Source: Deltaproteobacteria bacterium (GTDB taxonomy: Bacteria; Desulfobacterota; Syntrophobacteria; BM002). Taken from it: a DNA stretch of 64,000 nt. Under the pieces are notes generated by a model that was not told the DNA's origin, made no database searches, and saw nothing but the letters and a program-made list of their open reading frames with translations. The stretch lies in contig JAFDGZ010000008.1 of NCBI GenBank assembly GCA_019309045.1, positions 309 to 64,308 of the forward strand, read 5' to 3'. A program made the position numbers and the translations under genes. Shown one piece after another: positions 19,218 through 28,880 of this stretch (position 1 is its first letter; each line of letters starts with the position of its first letter).

Positions 19218-20573
19218 ATGGCTTTTTGTATGGAGAACAAAACAGATAACGACGATGCCAATGAGGAAGCTTTCGACCGCCAGGCAGATGATCTAGGTGA
19301 CTTGCTCGGCAGAGGATTCCTGGAAGTGGAGTCTCTAGAAGAGCTGGGTTGCTTTGATCAGAACTCGGCTGCCGGTTGCGCCGATGGGCTTACTGATGCC
19401 GCTGAATGTGCTGCCGGCCCGCAGACTCTGCCGGACATGGCTGGAGAGCAAGGCCGCTGCAGCCCAGAGCAGTCTGCCGGGCCCTTGCCAGAAGCGGATG
19501 TGGAGGCTGAGGATCTTTTCCAGGAAGACCTGATCAGCTTCTATCTTCAGGAAATTGCTCGCTACCCTCTGCTTACTCCTGAGCGAGAAATGGAGCTGGC
19601 TAGAACTATCAAGGAAGGCCAGAGGCAGCTTGTGGACCTGCTGTGGGACAAGCGGGCCGCAGGGAGTGAGTTTGACGAAGTTCGGCAGCAGCTTCACGCC
19701 TGGGAAGGTGATTCTACTCTGTATCCCGGGCTCAGGGAGAAAATGGTGCAGCTCGCCAAAGAAGCACTCGGAAAGGCTGCCAGCAGAGAAGGAGCCTCCA
19801 GCGGGCACCAGGCCCTGTACCATGATGCTTTGCTGATTGCAGCCCGCATCGATGAAGCCAAAAGAGAGATGGTGGAGGGCAATCTACGACTGGTGCTCAG
19901 TATTGCCAAGCGTTACCGGGGCCGGGGGTTGAGTTTTCTGGATCTCATTCAAGAAGGCAATATGGGACTCCTCAAAGCAGTATCGCGCTATGACTATACC
20001 AAGGGCAACCGCTTCAGCACGTATGCGACCTGGTGGGTGAGGCAGAGTGTAATTCGCAGCATATATGACAAGACTCGTACTATTCGTCTGCCAGTGCATT
20101 TTATCGAAATGAAGAGCTTCTTTTTTAAGAACTTCTACGAGCTGGTAAAAGAACTGGGCAGAGAGCCCACTCCAGCAGAAATTGCCGAATACAGCGGTTT
20201 GTCTCTAGAAAAAGTGAAAATGATCATCCAGCTTTCAAACCGACCCATTTCCCTGGAGGCGCCCTTCGGAGGCGAAGACCAGAAGTTAGGAGATTTTATT
20301 GCAGACGACAACAGTGTATCTCCTCTGGAACGTGTCAGTGAGAAGGAGCTGGCCAAAGTGACTCGCGAGGTGCTTGGTTCGCTCAGCTCGAGGGAAGAGA
20401 CCATTTTGAAGTCGAGATTTGGCATTGACGGTAAACCCGAGGAGACCCTGAAGACAATAGGAAAACGCTTCAGCGTTTCCAAAGAACGCATACGGCAAAT
20501 CGAGAAAAAGGCGATACGAAAACTCCGCCATACTCCTCGCCGTGAACAACTCAAATGTTTTCTGGAAGAATAG
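19218..20573 (+). CDS. RNA polymerase sigma factor, sigma-70 (RpoD/SigA) family
   Basis: Regions 1.2, 2, 3 and 4 are recognisable (LIQEGNMGLLKAVSRYDYTKGNRFSTYATWWVRQ; C-terminal HTH). Acidic N-terminus. 451 aa. Confidence 0.85.
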   Translation: MAFCMENKTDNDDANEEAFDRQADDLGDLLGRGFLEVESLEELGCFDQNSAAGCADGLTDAAECAAGPQTLPDMAGEQGRCSPEQSAGPLPEADVEAEDLFQEDLISFYLQEIARYPLLTPEREMELARTIKEGQRQLVDLLWDKRAAGSEFDEVRQQLHAWEGDSTLYPGLREKMVQLAKEALGKAASREGASSGHQALYHDALLIAARIDEAKREMVEGNLRLVLSIAKRYRGRGLSFLDLIQEGNMGLLKAVSRYDYTKGNRFSTYATWWVRQSVIRSIYDKTRTIRLPVHFIEMKSFFFKNFYELVKELGREPTPAEIAEYSGLSLEKVKMIIQLSNRPISLEAPFGGEDQKLGDFIADDNSVSPLERVSEKELAKVTREVLGSLSSREETILKSRFGIDGKPEETLKTIGKRFSVSKERIRQIEKKAIRKLRHTPRREQLKCFLEE

Positions 20574-20912
20574 CTCGCTGTGGTCGCCGGGGGCCGATTT
20601 GCAGGTGGCTTGCGGAAGCCGCCGCTCTATCCCGGGCGCTCCATTGGAGATGGTTCTGCGGCATGCTGCAGAGGAGACTAGAGTGTCAGGACAAATTAAC
20701 CATTGACAAGATCCCAAGAAATGGACTATATGAAAAAGTAGTTGGAGGAAGAAACCTCCAGTAAGTCTACAAGAACTATACAGCAGCAAAACGAGCCACG
20801 AAGGCTTATCAGAATAAACGGTAAGGCTTGGTGGCTTTTTTCGTGTCTGGCCTCTGTTCCCACAGATGCGTAAAACAAGCCACAACCTTGCAACGACAAG
20901 AGGAGGTTGCTG

Positions 20913-21671
20913 ATGCGCTGGTTTGTTGCTCTGTTGACGGCTGTTCTGTTGTGTTCTTTCGCTTTGCCCGATGCCCGGGCTCATTTCGGCATGATTATCC
21001 CTTCTGATGAGATGGTCATGAAGGGCGACAGCCCAGTGGTGACTGCTCGTCTCATGTTCTGGCATCCCTTCGAAGACCACGGCATGAATCTGGACAAGCC
21101 TGCAGCCTTCGGAGTGGTGGTGCATGGCAACAAGCAGGATCTGCTCGGCACTCTAAGTCCTGACAAGCTTCAGGGGCATACCATCTGGAAGACGAGCTAC
21201 AGGATAAAGCGGCCAGGTATCTATGTATTTTATATGGAACCCAAACCCTACTGGGAACCAGCCGAGGATACCTACATAGTGCATTACACCAAGACAGTGG
21301 TAGCTGCCTACGGCGACGATCAAGGCTGGGATGAGCCCATTGGTCTGAAGACCGAGATCGTCCCCTTGAGCAGACCTTTTGCTCTCTATGCAGGCAACGT
21401 GTTTCAGGGAATGGTGCTGCTCAATGGTAAGCCGGTGCCGGGTGCTGAAGTGGAGGTGGAATATTTCAATGAGGCGGACACCTACTCGGCGCCCACAGAT
21501 TATATGGTAACCCAGACCCTCAAGGCGGACCCCAATGGCATTTTTACCTATGCCGCTCCGGTGGCAGGCTGGTGGGGATTCGCCGCCCTTAACACTGACA
21601 GCCGCCAGCTAAAAGGCAAAGATGTGGAGATCGGCGCTGTGCTCTGGGTTCGTTTTCACCAGATGAAATAG
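20913..21671 (+). CDS. secreted periplasmic protein, possibly a Ni/Co-uptake accessory (NikK/DUF4198-like) component
   Basis: Signal peptide [26 protein letters not shown] at 20913 is preceded by AGGAGG. It sits immediately upstream of cbiM. The family assignment is tentative. Confidence 0.55.
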   Translation: MRWFVALLTAVLLCSFALPDARAHFGMIIPSDEMVMKGDSPVVTARLMFWHPFEDHGMNLDKPAAFGVVVHGNKQDLLGTLSPDKLQGHTIWKTSYRIKRPGIYVFYMEPKPYWEPAEDTYIVHYTKTVVAAYGDDQGWDEPIGLKTEIVPLSRPFALYAGNVFQGMVLLNGKPVPGAEVEVEYFNEADTYSAPTDYMVTQTLKADPNGIFTYAAPVAGWWGFAALNTDSRQLKGKDVEIGAVLWVRFHQMK

Positions 21672-21680
21672 GAGTTTCTC

Positions 21681-22295
21681 ATGCACATATCAGAAGGAGT
21701 TCTTTCTGCCCCGGTTCTGCTGGCTGGTGTTGTGTTTACGGCCGCGGGAGTGGCTGTAGGCCTCAAGAAGACTGAACCTGAAAAGATTCCGCAAGTGGCA
21801 GTGCTGACCTCGGCCTTTTTTGTGGCCTCACTGGTGCACGTACCCATTGGCTTTTCATCGGTGCATCTGGTATTGAACGGCCTCCTGGGCTTGCTGCTCG
21901 GCTGGGCCGCCTTTCCTGCTATTCTGGTGGCCCTTGCCCTGCAGGCCCTTCTTTTCCAGTTCGGCGGTCTTACCACCCTTGGAATAAATACCTTTAACAT
22001 GGCCTTTCCCGCTCTCGTCTGCTATTACCTTTTCGCCAGAGCCATCCCGCGCAAACGGGATGACCTTGGTCTGGTTCTGGCCTTTATGTGCGGCTTCATA
22101 GCCATTCTTCTCAGTGCGCTCCTGGTAGCGGCCTGTCTGGTATTCACCGGCGAATCCTTTATGGCAGCTGCCAAAGTCTTGCTGCTTGCTCACTTGCCAG
22201 TAATGTGTATAGAGGGAACCATTACCGCCTTCTGCTACGCCTTTATCAAGAAGGTAAAACCGGAGATGTTGGGAGTTACCCATGCAGCCAGCTAG
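21681..22295 (+). CDS. cbiM: cobalt/nickel ECF-type transporter substrate-capture component CbiM/NikM
   Basis: Hallmark N-terminus MHISEGVLS and a 5-6 TM profile. 204 aa. Confidence 0.85.
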   Translation: MHISEGVLSAPVLLAGVVFTAAGVAVGLKKTEPEKIPQVAVLTSAFFVASLVHVPIGFSSVHLVLNGLLGLLLGWAAFPAILVALALQALLFQFGGLTTLGINTFNMAFPALVCYYLFARAIPRKRDDLGLVLAFMCGFIAILLSALLVAACLVFTGESFMAAAKVLLLAHLPVMCIEGTITAFCYAFIKKVKPEMLGVTHAAS

Positions 22296-22305
22296 AGGGA
22301 GAACT

Positions 22306-22932
22306 ATGCAGCACATCTTGTTCTTGCTGCGGGCGGCGCTTGTTGTCTCGATATTTACTGTGCCACTGCTGCCGAAGCAGGCTCTGGCCCACAAGGTCAA
22401 CGTGTTCGCCTGGGTGGAGGGTGATACGGTCCAGGTGGAAGGCTATTTCAGCGGCGGCAAGAAGGTGCGACAAGGGTTGGTGGAAGTCTTCGATCCCGCA
22501 GGGAAAAAACTTCTGGAGGGCCGCACCAATGACCAGGGAGAATTTTCCTTCAAAGTACCGCAGAAGTCTGACCTCAAGATCGTCCTTACGGCCAGCATGG
22601 GCCACAAGAATGACTTTACCATTCCCGAGAGTGAATTAGAGGGCACAGCCGCAGTGGTCGATTCGCACAGCGGCCAACAGGAGCAGAAAAAACAAGCGGC
22701 CCCTGCAGCCGCCGCCGCCGACACGGCGACCGCCGTTGCCAGCAATGTGAGTGCGGAGCAGCTGCAGACAATAATGGAAAAAGTGCTCGACAGAAAGCTG
22801 GCACCGCTCTTCAGGCGACTGGGAGAAGAACAGGCAGCAGGACCCGGGCTCAGTAAAATAATCGCTGGAATCGGCTACATTATTGGTATAATGGGTCTGG
22901 CCATGTTCTGGTTCAGCAAGAAAAAAACCTAG
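22306..22932 (+). CDS. CbiN/NikN-like bitopic membrane protein with an enlarged periplasmic beta-rich domain
   Basis: N-terminal TM/signal segment, ~150 aa soluble region, and a C-terminal TM (IIAGIGYIIGIMGLAMFWF) as in CbiN. ATG at 22306 is preceded by GAGGGAG. Confidence 0.5.
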   Translation: MQHILFLLRAALVVSIFTVPLLPKQALAHKVNVFAWVEGDTVQVEGYFSGGKKVRQGLVEVFDPAGKKLLEGRTNDQGEFSFKVPQKSDLKIVLTASMGHKNDFTIPESELEGTAAVVDSHSGQQEQKKQAAPAAAAADTATAVASNVSAEQLQTIMEKVLDRKLAPLFRRLGEEQAAGPGLSKIIAGIGYIIGIMGLAMFWFSKKKT

Positions 22933-23063
22933 GGCAGCAAGGCTGTGCTCGGCCCGAGACGCCTTGCCCCAAGAGGGGAGTCCGCGGCAAAGCCGCGGCC
23001 TGTAAAGGGCACCGCCCTCGCTTCTCAGGGGCAAGCTGATGACACGGCAGCTGAATGTGAGCC

Positions 23064-23876
23064 ATGAAACGGATACTCACCATAGCGGGTTCTGATTCTG
23101 GAGGCGGCGCCGGCATCCAGGCCGACCTGAAAGCAATCACTTTGCTGGGCGGCTTCGGGATGAGCGCCATTACTGCTCTCACTGCCCAGAATACTGTAGG
23201 TGTAATGGCAGTCCACCAGGTGCCCGTGGATTTTATTGCGGCCCAGATCGATGCAGTTTTCACTGACATTGGGGTGGATGCAGTAAAGACAGGCATGCTC
23301 GCCAACAGCGACGTGGTCCAGCTGGTGGCTGAAAAAATTGCCTGGTATTCTCCAGAGGTAGTGGTAGTGGATCCGGTTATGGTTGCCAAGAGCGGCGATC
23401 CCCTGCTCGCAGAGGAGGCTAGAGATGCTCTCATCCAGCTGCTGCTGCCTCGGGCCACCATGGTAACACCAAACCTGCCGGAAGCATCTGTTCTCGCCGG
23501 CCAACAGGTAACCAGCGAGACAGAAATGCGCCAGGCTGCCAGAAAGATCCAGGCCGCTGGCCCGGCTCACGTGCTCATCAAAGGAGGTCATCTGAGCGGC
23601 GCAGCCCTGGACCTGTTGTTTGACGGCCAGGAATTCTATGAATTTCGGGCAGCTCGCCTAGACACCAAGAATACGCACGGCACCGGCTGCACTTACGCCG
23701 CAGCCATTGCCACCTTTCTTGCCATGAAAATGACACCTCGAGATGCAGTTTCACAGGCCAAACGCTTCATCACCGACGCCATCCGCCACGGCTTGCCTCT
23801 AGGACGCGGCCACGGTCCCACCAACCCTTACGCGGCTGTCATGAAGAGCAATGACGGCCAGGGCGCTGGAGAGTAA
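23064..23876 (+). CDS. thiD: hydroxymethylpyrimidine/phosphomethylpyrimidine kinase ThiD
   Basis: MKRILTIAGSDSGGGAGIQADLKA... is the canonical ThiD N-terminus. 270 aa. Confidence 0.9.
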   Translation: MKRILTIAGSDSGGGAGIQADLKAITLLGGFGMSAITALTAQNTVGVMAVHQVPVDFIAAQIDAVFTDIGVDAVKTGMLANSDVVQLVAEKIAWYSPEVVVVDPVMVAKSGDPLLAEEARDALIQLLLPRATMVTPNLPEASVLAGQQVTSETEMRQAARKIQAAGPAHVLIKGGHLSGAALDLLFDGQEFYEFRAARLDTKNTHGTGCTYAAAIATFLAMKMTPRDAVSQAKRFITDAIRHGLPLGRGHGPTNPYAAVMKSNDGQGAGE

Positions 23877-24273
23877 CTATCCTTTTCTCGAATCACGGCA
23901 GTTTCTTCTATTCTGTACTTCTCTAATATCTCTTCCTGGCAAGCCTCGAAGAGCACAAAGGGTGGTTGTCAACAAAACCGGGCATTTTCCAGCGGCCGCC
24001 GGGAAGAGCTGTTGTTACACCCAGAAAAACAGGATGAGTCTTGCCAGAACTGCTCTTGACAAAAAATCACCGATTCCCTAAGTACCAAAGTATTTGTGTC
24101 ACCACTTGACAGCGGCAACTACCTCTGTGCCAAAATGCCCAGGGGCTGGCAGAGGAAAGCTCCCCCCAGGAAACATCGCGGCGTATCTTCTGCCGCCGGT
24201 GGAGCTGTTCGGGGCTTCTGTGGCCCAGAGTAAACTTTATTTCACTGCAGGATTTGCCCAAGCGAGGTGTGCA

Positions 24274-25626
24274 ATGGGTCGACAACAGCAAAAGCGAGAG
24301 AAGGTGATACCTGGATTGTGGTTGGCAGTGGCTCTTGTTCTGATGATGCTGGCTGGCACAGGTTCAGAAGTTACAGCCAGTCAGGAAGAGCCGGTGGCCC
24401 TCACTCTCGAAAAGAGCATAGAGATAGCATTGCAGCGCAACCTCAGCATCAAGGTAGCTCAGGAGGGGGTAACAGTAGCCGAGCAACGCAAAAAAGAATC
24501 TTTCACCGAATTTCTGCCAAAACTGAAAGCGGAATACGGCTACCGACGTCCCAGTGAGAATACTGTCACTTTCGGTGGCATCAGTGTTCAGGCTGGAGAC
24601 AGAAATCAGTATAGATTCACTGGCACCCTGGAACAACCTATTTTTACCGGTTTTGCAATTCTCACCAACTATCAGTTGAGCAAACTCGGGCTCGATGTGG
24701 CGAAAATTCTCCTCGAACAGGCCCGGCAGGACCTCATCCTGCAGGTAAAAGAGGCTTATCTCGGCATTCAGAGGGCGGAGAAGCTCCAAGAGGTCGCCGC
24801 CCAGTCGGTGCGTCAGCTGGAAGAGGAAGTGAAAGTAGCAAAAAGCTTCTATGAGGTTGGCATGAAGCCCAAAGTCGACGTGCTCGATGCTGAGACTCGG
24901 CTGGGAGACGCCAAGGTACAGTACATTCGCACCGCTAACAATCTCCGGGTTGCCGAGGCCAATTTCAACACGGTGCTGCGCCGCCCCCTCGAGACCCCGG
25001 TAAAAATAGCGGATGTGCTTACTCCCAAGCCATACGACAGAACTTATGAACAGAGTGAAGCAATCGCCCTCAGCCACAGACCCGAAGTACTGGAAGCGCA
25101 GAAAAAGGTAGAGAGTGCAGAAAAGGAAATTTCTCTGGCAAAAAGCAACTTTTACCCGACCGTGACCTTTGCCAGCAACTACTATCGCCGGGGCAACAGA
25201 CCAAATGTGCAGGGAAGCAATTTTGTTGATCGGGAAAACTGGGACATCATAGCAGTGGCCAACTGGACTTTCTTCGAGTGGGGCAAGACGCTCTACTCGG
25301 TGAACCAGAAACGCGCCCAGTTGCAGCAGGCCAAAGACGCCCTGAAACAGGTGGAAGACTCGGTTCGTCTCCAGGTGAAAAGCGCCTATCTTACCCTGCA
25401 GGCTGCTAAGGAGGCCATTGTGGCAGCAAAGCTGAGCGTTGAATCTGCAGAAGAGAACTTCAGGATCAGTCAGGAACGTTACCGCGGCCAGGTGGCTACT
25501 TCAACAGAAGTGCTCGACGCCCAGACCAGGTTGACCACGGCCAAGACAAACTACACCAACGCCCTTGTTGCCTATGACCTGGCCAGGGCCCGCCTGATTC
25601 GCGCCATGGGTCTGGAGGAACTGTGA
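24274..25626 (+). CDS. TolC-family outer membrane efflux channel
   Basis: Signal peptide after the Met at 24274 (MGRQQQKREKVIPGLWLAVALVLMMLAG). Two tandem TolC repeat halves with coiled-coil segments. The 24094 start is a 5' over-extension. Confidence 0.85.
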   Translation: MGRQQQKREKVIPGLWLAVALVLMMLAGTGSEVTASQEEPVALTLEKSIEIALQRNLSIKVAQEGVTVAEQRKKESFTEFLPKLKAEYGYRRPSENTVTFGGISVQAGDRNQYRFTGTLEQPIFTGFAILTNYQLSKLGLDVAKILLEQARQDLILQVKEAYLGIQRAEKLQEVAAQSVRQLEEEVKVAKSFYEVGMKPKVDVLDAETRLGDAKVQYIRTANNLRVAEANFNTVLRRPLETPVKIADVLTPKPYDRTYEQSEAIALSHRPEVLEAQKKVESAEKEISLAKSNFYPTVTFASNYYRRGNRPNVQGSNFVDRENWDIIAVANWTFFEWGKTLYSVNQKRAQLQQAKDALKQVEDSVRLQVKSAYLTLQAAKEAIVAAKLSVESAEENFRISQERYRGQVATSTEVLDAQTRLTTAKTNYTNALVAYDLARARLIRAMGLEEL

Positions 25627-25815
25627 CCTCCAGGAACAAAGTGGCTGCCCTGGCAGCAGTAGCCAGGATATCGCATAGAAGTGAATGAGTTAATGGCTTG
25701 ATTTTCTTGCTTGAATGCCTATTGTGCCTGTGATAGGGTGTAGCCGCTCTTTGCTGGCGAGGAGCACTTTTTACAGGCGAAACCGCGCTGCATTCACGTG
25801 GGGGACCGGCAGCCC

Positions 25816-26535
25816 ATGGTTCAGATGTACCATGTGTTCAAGAGCTACGACGGTGAACGTTATGCCCTGGCAGATGTGACGCTCACTGTGGACAGGGGCG
25901 ACTTCCTCTTTCTCACCGGTCCCAGCGGAGCGGGCAAGACCACCTTGCTGAAACTCATATTCTTCGATGAAAGGGCCTCTTCCGGGCAGATCCTGGTAGA
26001 CGGCATCAATCTGCAGCGCTTGAAGCGTTCGAGGGTGCCCTACTTCAAAAGGCGAATAGGAGTTGTCTTTCAAGATTTCAAGCTGCTGCTCGACCGCACC
26101 GTGTTCGCCAATGTTGCCCTGGCCCTCGAGGTTGCCGGCAAGCCAAGGGGATATATAGAAAAAAAAGTTCGCCAGGTGCTGCGGCTGGTGGGATTGGCAG
26201 GCAAGGAAAACCACCTCAGCCGCAAACTGTCGGGGGGAGAACAACAGAGAGTGGCAATAGCCAGGGCCATAGTGGTCAATCCCATACTTCTCCTGGCTGA
26301 TGAACCCACCGGGAACCTTGACGAAGAAATCACCATGGATATCCTGGAGCTGTTCAGAGAGATTCACCTCAGAGGCACTACCGTGATCCTTGCTACTCAC
26401 AACAAGAATCTCATCAGCCGGGTACCGAGCGCCAAGATTGCCATGTTGCGAGGCGGAGCCCTGGTAGCTTCAGGATTGCAAGTGGGTATGCACCGCAGTG
26501 GCGCAGCTGTTGAAATGGCCGCCCAGGGGAGATGA
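25816..26535 (+). CDS. ftsE: cell division ATP-binding protein FtsE
   Basis: Walker [13 protein letters not shown] signature LSGGEQQR, Walker [13 protein letters not shown]. Immediately followed by ftsX. Confidence 0.85.
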   Translation: MVQMYHVFKSYDGERYALADVTLTVDRGDFLFLTGPSGAGKTTLLKLIFFDERASSGQILVDGINLQRLKRSRVPYFKRRIGVVFQDFKLLLDRTVFANVALALEVAGKPRGYIEKKVRQVLRLVGLAGKENHLSRKLSGGEQQRVAIARAIVVNPILLLADEPTGNLDEEITMDILELFREIHLRGTTVILATHNKNLISRVPSAKIAMLRGGALVASGLQVGMHRSGAAVEMAAQGR

Positions 26536-26539
26536 GCAA

Positions 26540-27433
26540 ATGCGGCTGGGAATGGTGGGCTATTTCATCAGGAAAGCCCTGGAAAATCTGCGTTTGAAGC
26601 CTTTTCTCAGTCTGGTGACTTTGAGCACCATTACTCTCTCACTAATGATTCTGGGCCTTTTCGGCTTGGTGTACCTCAATTTGCAGCATTTTCTGCACAA
26701 CTGGGGCTCCCGACTGCAGGTGACTGCTTATCTGCACGATAGCGTCACCCAGGAGCAGGCTGAAAAACTGCAGCAAGAAATTGGCCGCTGGCCTGCAGTG
26801 CAGCAGGTGGTCTACGTCAGCAAATCGACGGCTCTGGCTCGTCTGCGGGAGCAACTGCAGCAATACGCCGGCATCCTGGACGGCCTGCAAAAAAATCCCC
26901 TGCCCGCCTCCCTGGAACTCAACCTGAATCCTGAGGCTGCTGGGGTTGACCATTTGGAAAAGCTGGTGGGTCAACTGCAAAAGCTGCCCCTGGTTAGCGA
27001 AGTTCAATATGGCGAGAGATGGCGCGAGCGGCTCAAGACCGTGGCAGACGTGGTAAAGCTGTTCGGCATCACTCTGGGAGGACTGGTTCTGGTGGCTACG
27101 GTGTTGGTGATTTCAAACACTGTCAAGCTCACCTTCTATTCGAGGCGACAGGAGCTGGAAATCATGCGTCTGGTGGGCGCTACTGACTTTTTCATCCAGG
27201 CACCTTTTCTCATCGAAGGACTCCTGCACGGCCTGGGAGGGGCCGTTTGCGCCTGCGCTTCCCTGTTTCTCTTGCTCCATGTTTTTCTCTCCCGCGTCCA
27301 TTTACCGCCGCTCCTGGGCATAGGGCCGACAACTCTGCTGCCAGTTTCGGCCATAGTCGGCTTTCTCGTCCTGGGCACCCTGCTCGGGGTGTTCGGCAGT
27401 GTAGTGTCCGTGCGGAGGTTTTTGCAAAGATGA
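26540..27433 (+). CDS. ftsX: cell division permease-like protein FtsX
   Basis: N-terminal cytoplasmic segment, a large periplasmic loop and 4 TM. ATG at 26540 is preceded by GGGGAG. Follows ftsE. Confidence 0.8.
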   Translation: MRLGMVGYFIRKALENLRLKPFLSLVTLSTITLSLMILGLFGLVYLNLQHFLHNWGSRLQVTAYLHDSVTQEQAEKLQQEIGRWPAVQQVVYVSKSTALARLREQLQQYAGILDGLQKNPLPASLELNLNPEAAGVDHLEKLVGQLQKLPLVSEVQYGERWRERLKTVADVVKLFGITLGGLVLVATVLVISNTVKLTFYSRRQELEIMRLVGATDFFIQAPFLIEGLLHGLGGAVCACASLFLLLHVFLSRVHLPPLLGIGPTTLLPVSAIVGFLVLGTLLGVFGSVVSVRRFLQR

Positions 27434-28644
27434 CCAGACTGTACTGCTCCTTGCTGTCGTTATTGCTCTGCCTGCTTGCGGCTGCCGCGGTGTGCTCGTC
27501 CAGTGAACAGGGCAGTTCCGCGGCTGCGGAAGCCCGCCAGGCGGAAATGCGCCGGGTTCGAGAGCGCATGCAGCACAGCCGGCAAAAGATTGAGTCTATG
27601 CAGCGTCAGGAACGCAATCTACTCGATCAGCTTGACCAGATGGAGCTGCGGTTGGAGAAACTCCGCGAACAGGTGGCAAAGCTCAAGGCAGAGCAGCTCA
27701 CCGTCCAGCAAGAAGTGGCACTGAAGCGCAAACGTCTGCAGGTGCTGGTCAGGGAGATGCAGCAGTTTGAAGCACTGCTGGGACAACGTCTTCGCGTACT
27801 GTACAAGGCAGGCCGTAGCGGCTATCTCGATCTGTTGACTTCTGCTGCGGACATGAGTGATCTGCAGCATCGCTGGGTGTACATGCGAACCATTGCCGAG
27901 CAGGACAGGCTGTTGCTGGAGACGTACAGACGACGGCAAACCGAAGAGGCGCAGCTCACCCGAAAGCTCCTGGCCCAGGAAGAACGGCTCTCTCTTCTGG
28001 TAAGAGATTTGGCCAACCAAAAGGAGGAAATGGAGAACATTCGGCGTCAGCACGTGGCCCTGCTTCAGGACGTGCATAATCGCGAGCAGATGTATCGCCG
28101 TTACCTGGCAGAACTGGAAACAGTTTCGCGCAATCTGGAGAAAGTGTTTGCCAACCTCCAGGAGCAGAACAACAGGCGCTCTTTGCCGGCCCCTCACCAG
28201 GGTGGCTTTGCCAGGCAGAAGGGGACTCTGCCCTACCCTGTCCAGGGCAGGATAATCACCCGCTTTGGCCGCAAGCGATATGATAAATTCGGCACCACCA
28301 TTGTCCATAAAGGGATTGACATGGCCACCAAGAAAGCATCTCCAGTAATGGCGGTTTATGGCGGCCAGATCATTTATCGAGGCTGGATTAAGGGATATGG
28401 AAACGTTATTATAATTGATCATGGCGACAAGTACTATACTCTTACGGCCCACCTGGGGGATATGGCCAAAGACGTGGGAGAAAAGGTGGAGGCCGGGGAG
28501 GTGATCGGCTACGCTGGCTACAGCGCTACTGCACGTTCAGCAGGGAGAATATATTTCGAAATTCGCCATCGGGGCCGAGCCCTGGATCCCCAGAGGTGGC
28601 TGTTGCCTGCCCTGGCCGGCATGAACAGCCCAGGCAGAGGATAA
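27429..28644 (+). CDS. EnvC-like murein hydrolase activator (coiled-coil + M23/LytM peptidase domain)
   Basis: Signal peptide MTRLYCSLLSLLLCLLAAAAV, long coiled-coil, C-terminal M23 motifs (GIDMA...HGDKYYTLTAHL). ATGA overlap with the ftsX stop. Confidence 0.8.
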
Positions 28645-28880
28645 GGGCATACAAATTGCAGGAAATTGTCTGAATCCAGACTTGTCATGACGTAGCAAAG
28701 CTATTCTGGGGCAGCACTAAAATGGACACGGTTGCCATTGTGCTCCAGTATAAGAAGCCACAGTTTTCACTGTCGTGGCAGGAACGACATTGCGGTTCGC
28801 AATTGCCCTCCGAAGAAACCGGAGGCCAGCAAGCAAACAGTGAGCAACAAATCATAAAAGCGGCCGCATAAGGAGGTTAC

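Noticed and set aside
20286-21125. 279 aa minus-strand ORF spanning the sigma gene 3' end, the leader and the start of the secreted-protein gene
   Set aside because: It overlaps two well-supported plus-strand genes and the untranslated leader. It is low-complexity and has no motif.
24094-24273. N-terminal 60-codon extension of the TolC ORF
   Set aside because: The signal peptide begins right after the internal Met at 24274, which has an AGGTG RBS. The extension would bury the signal peptide.
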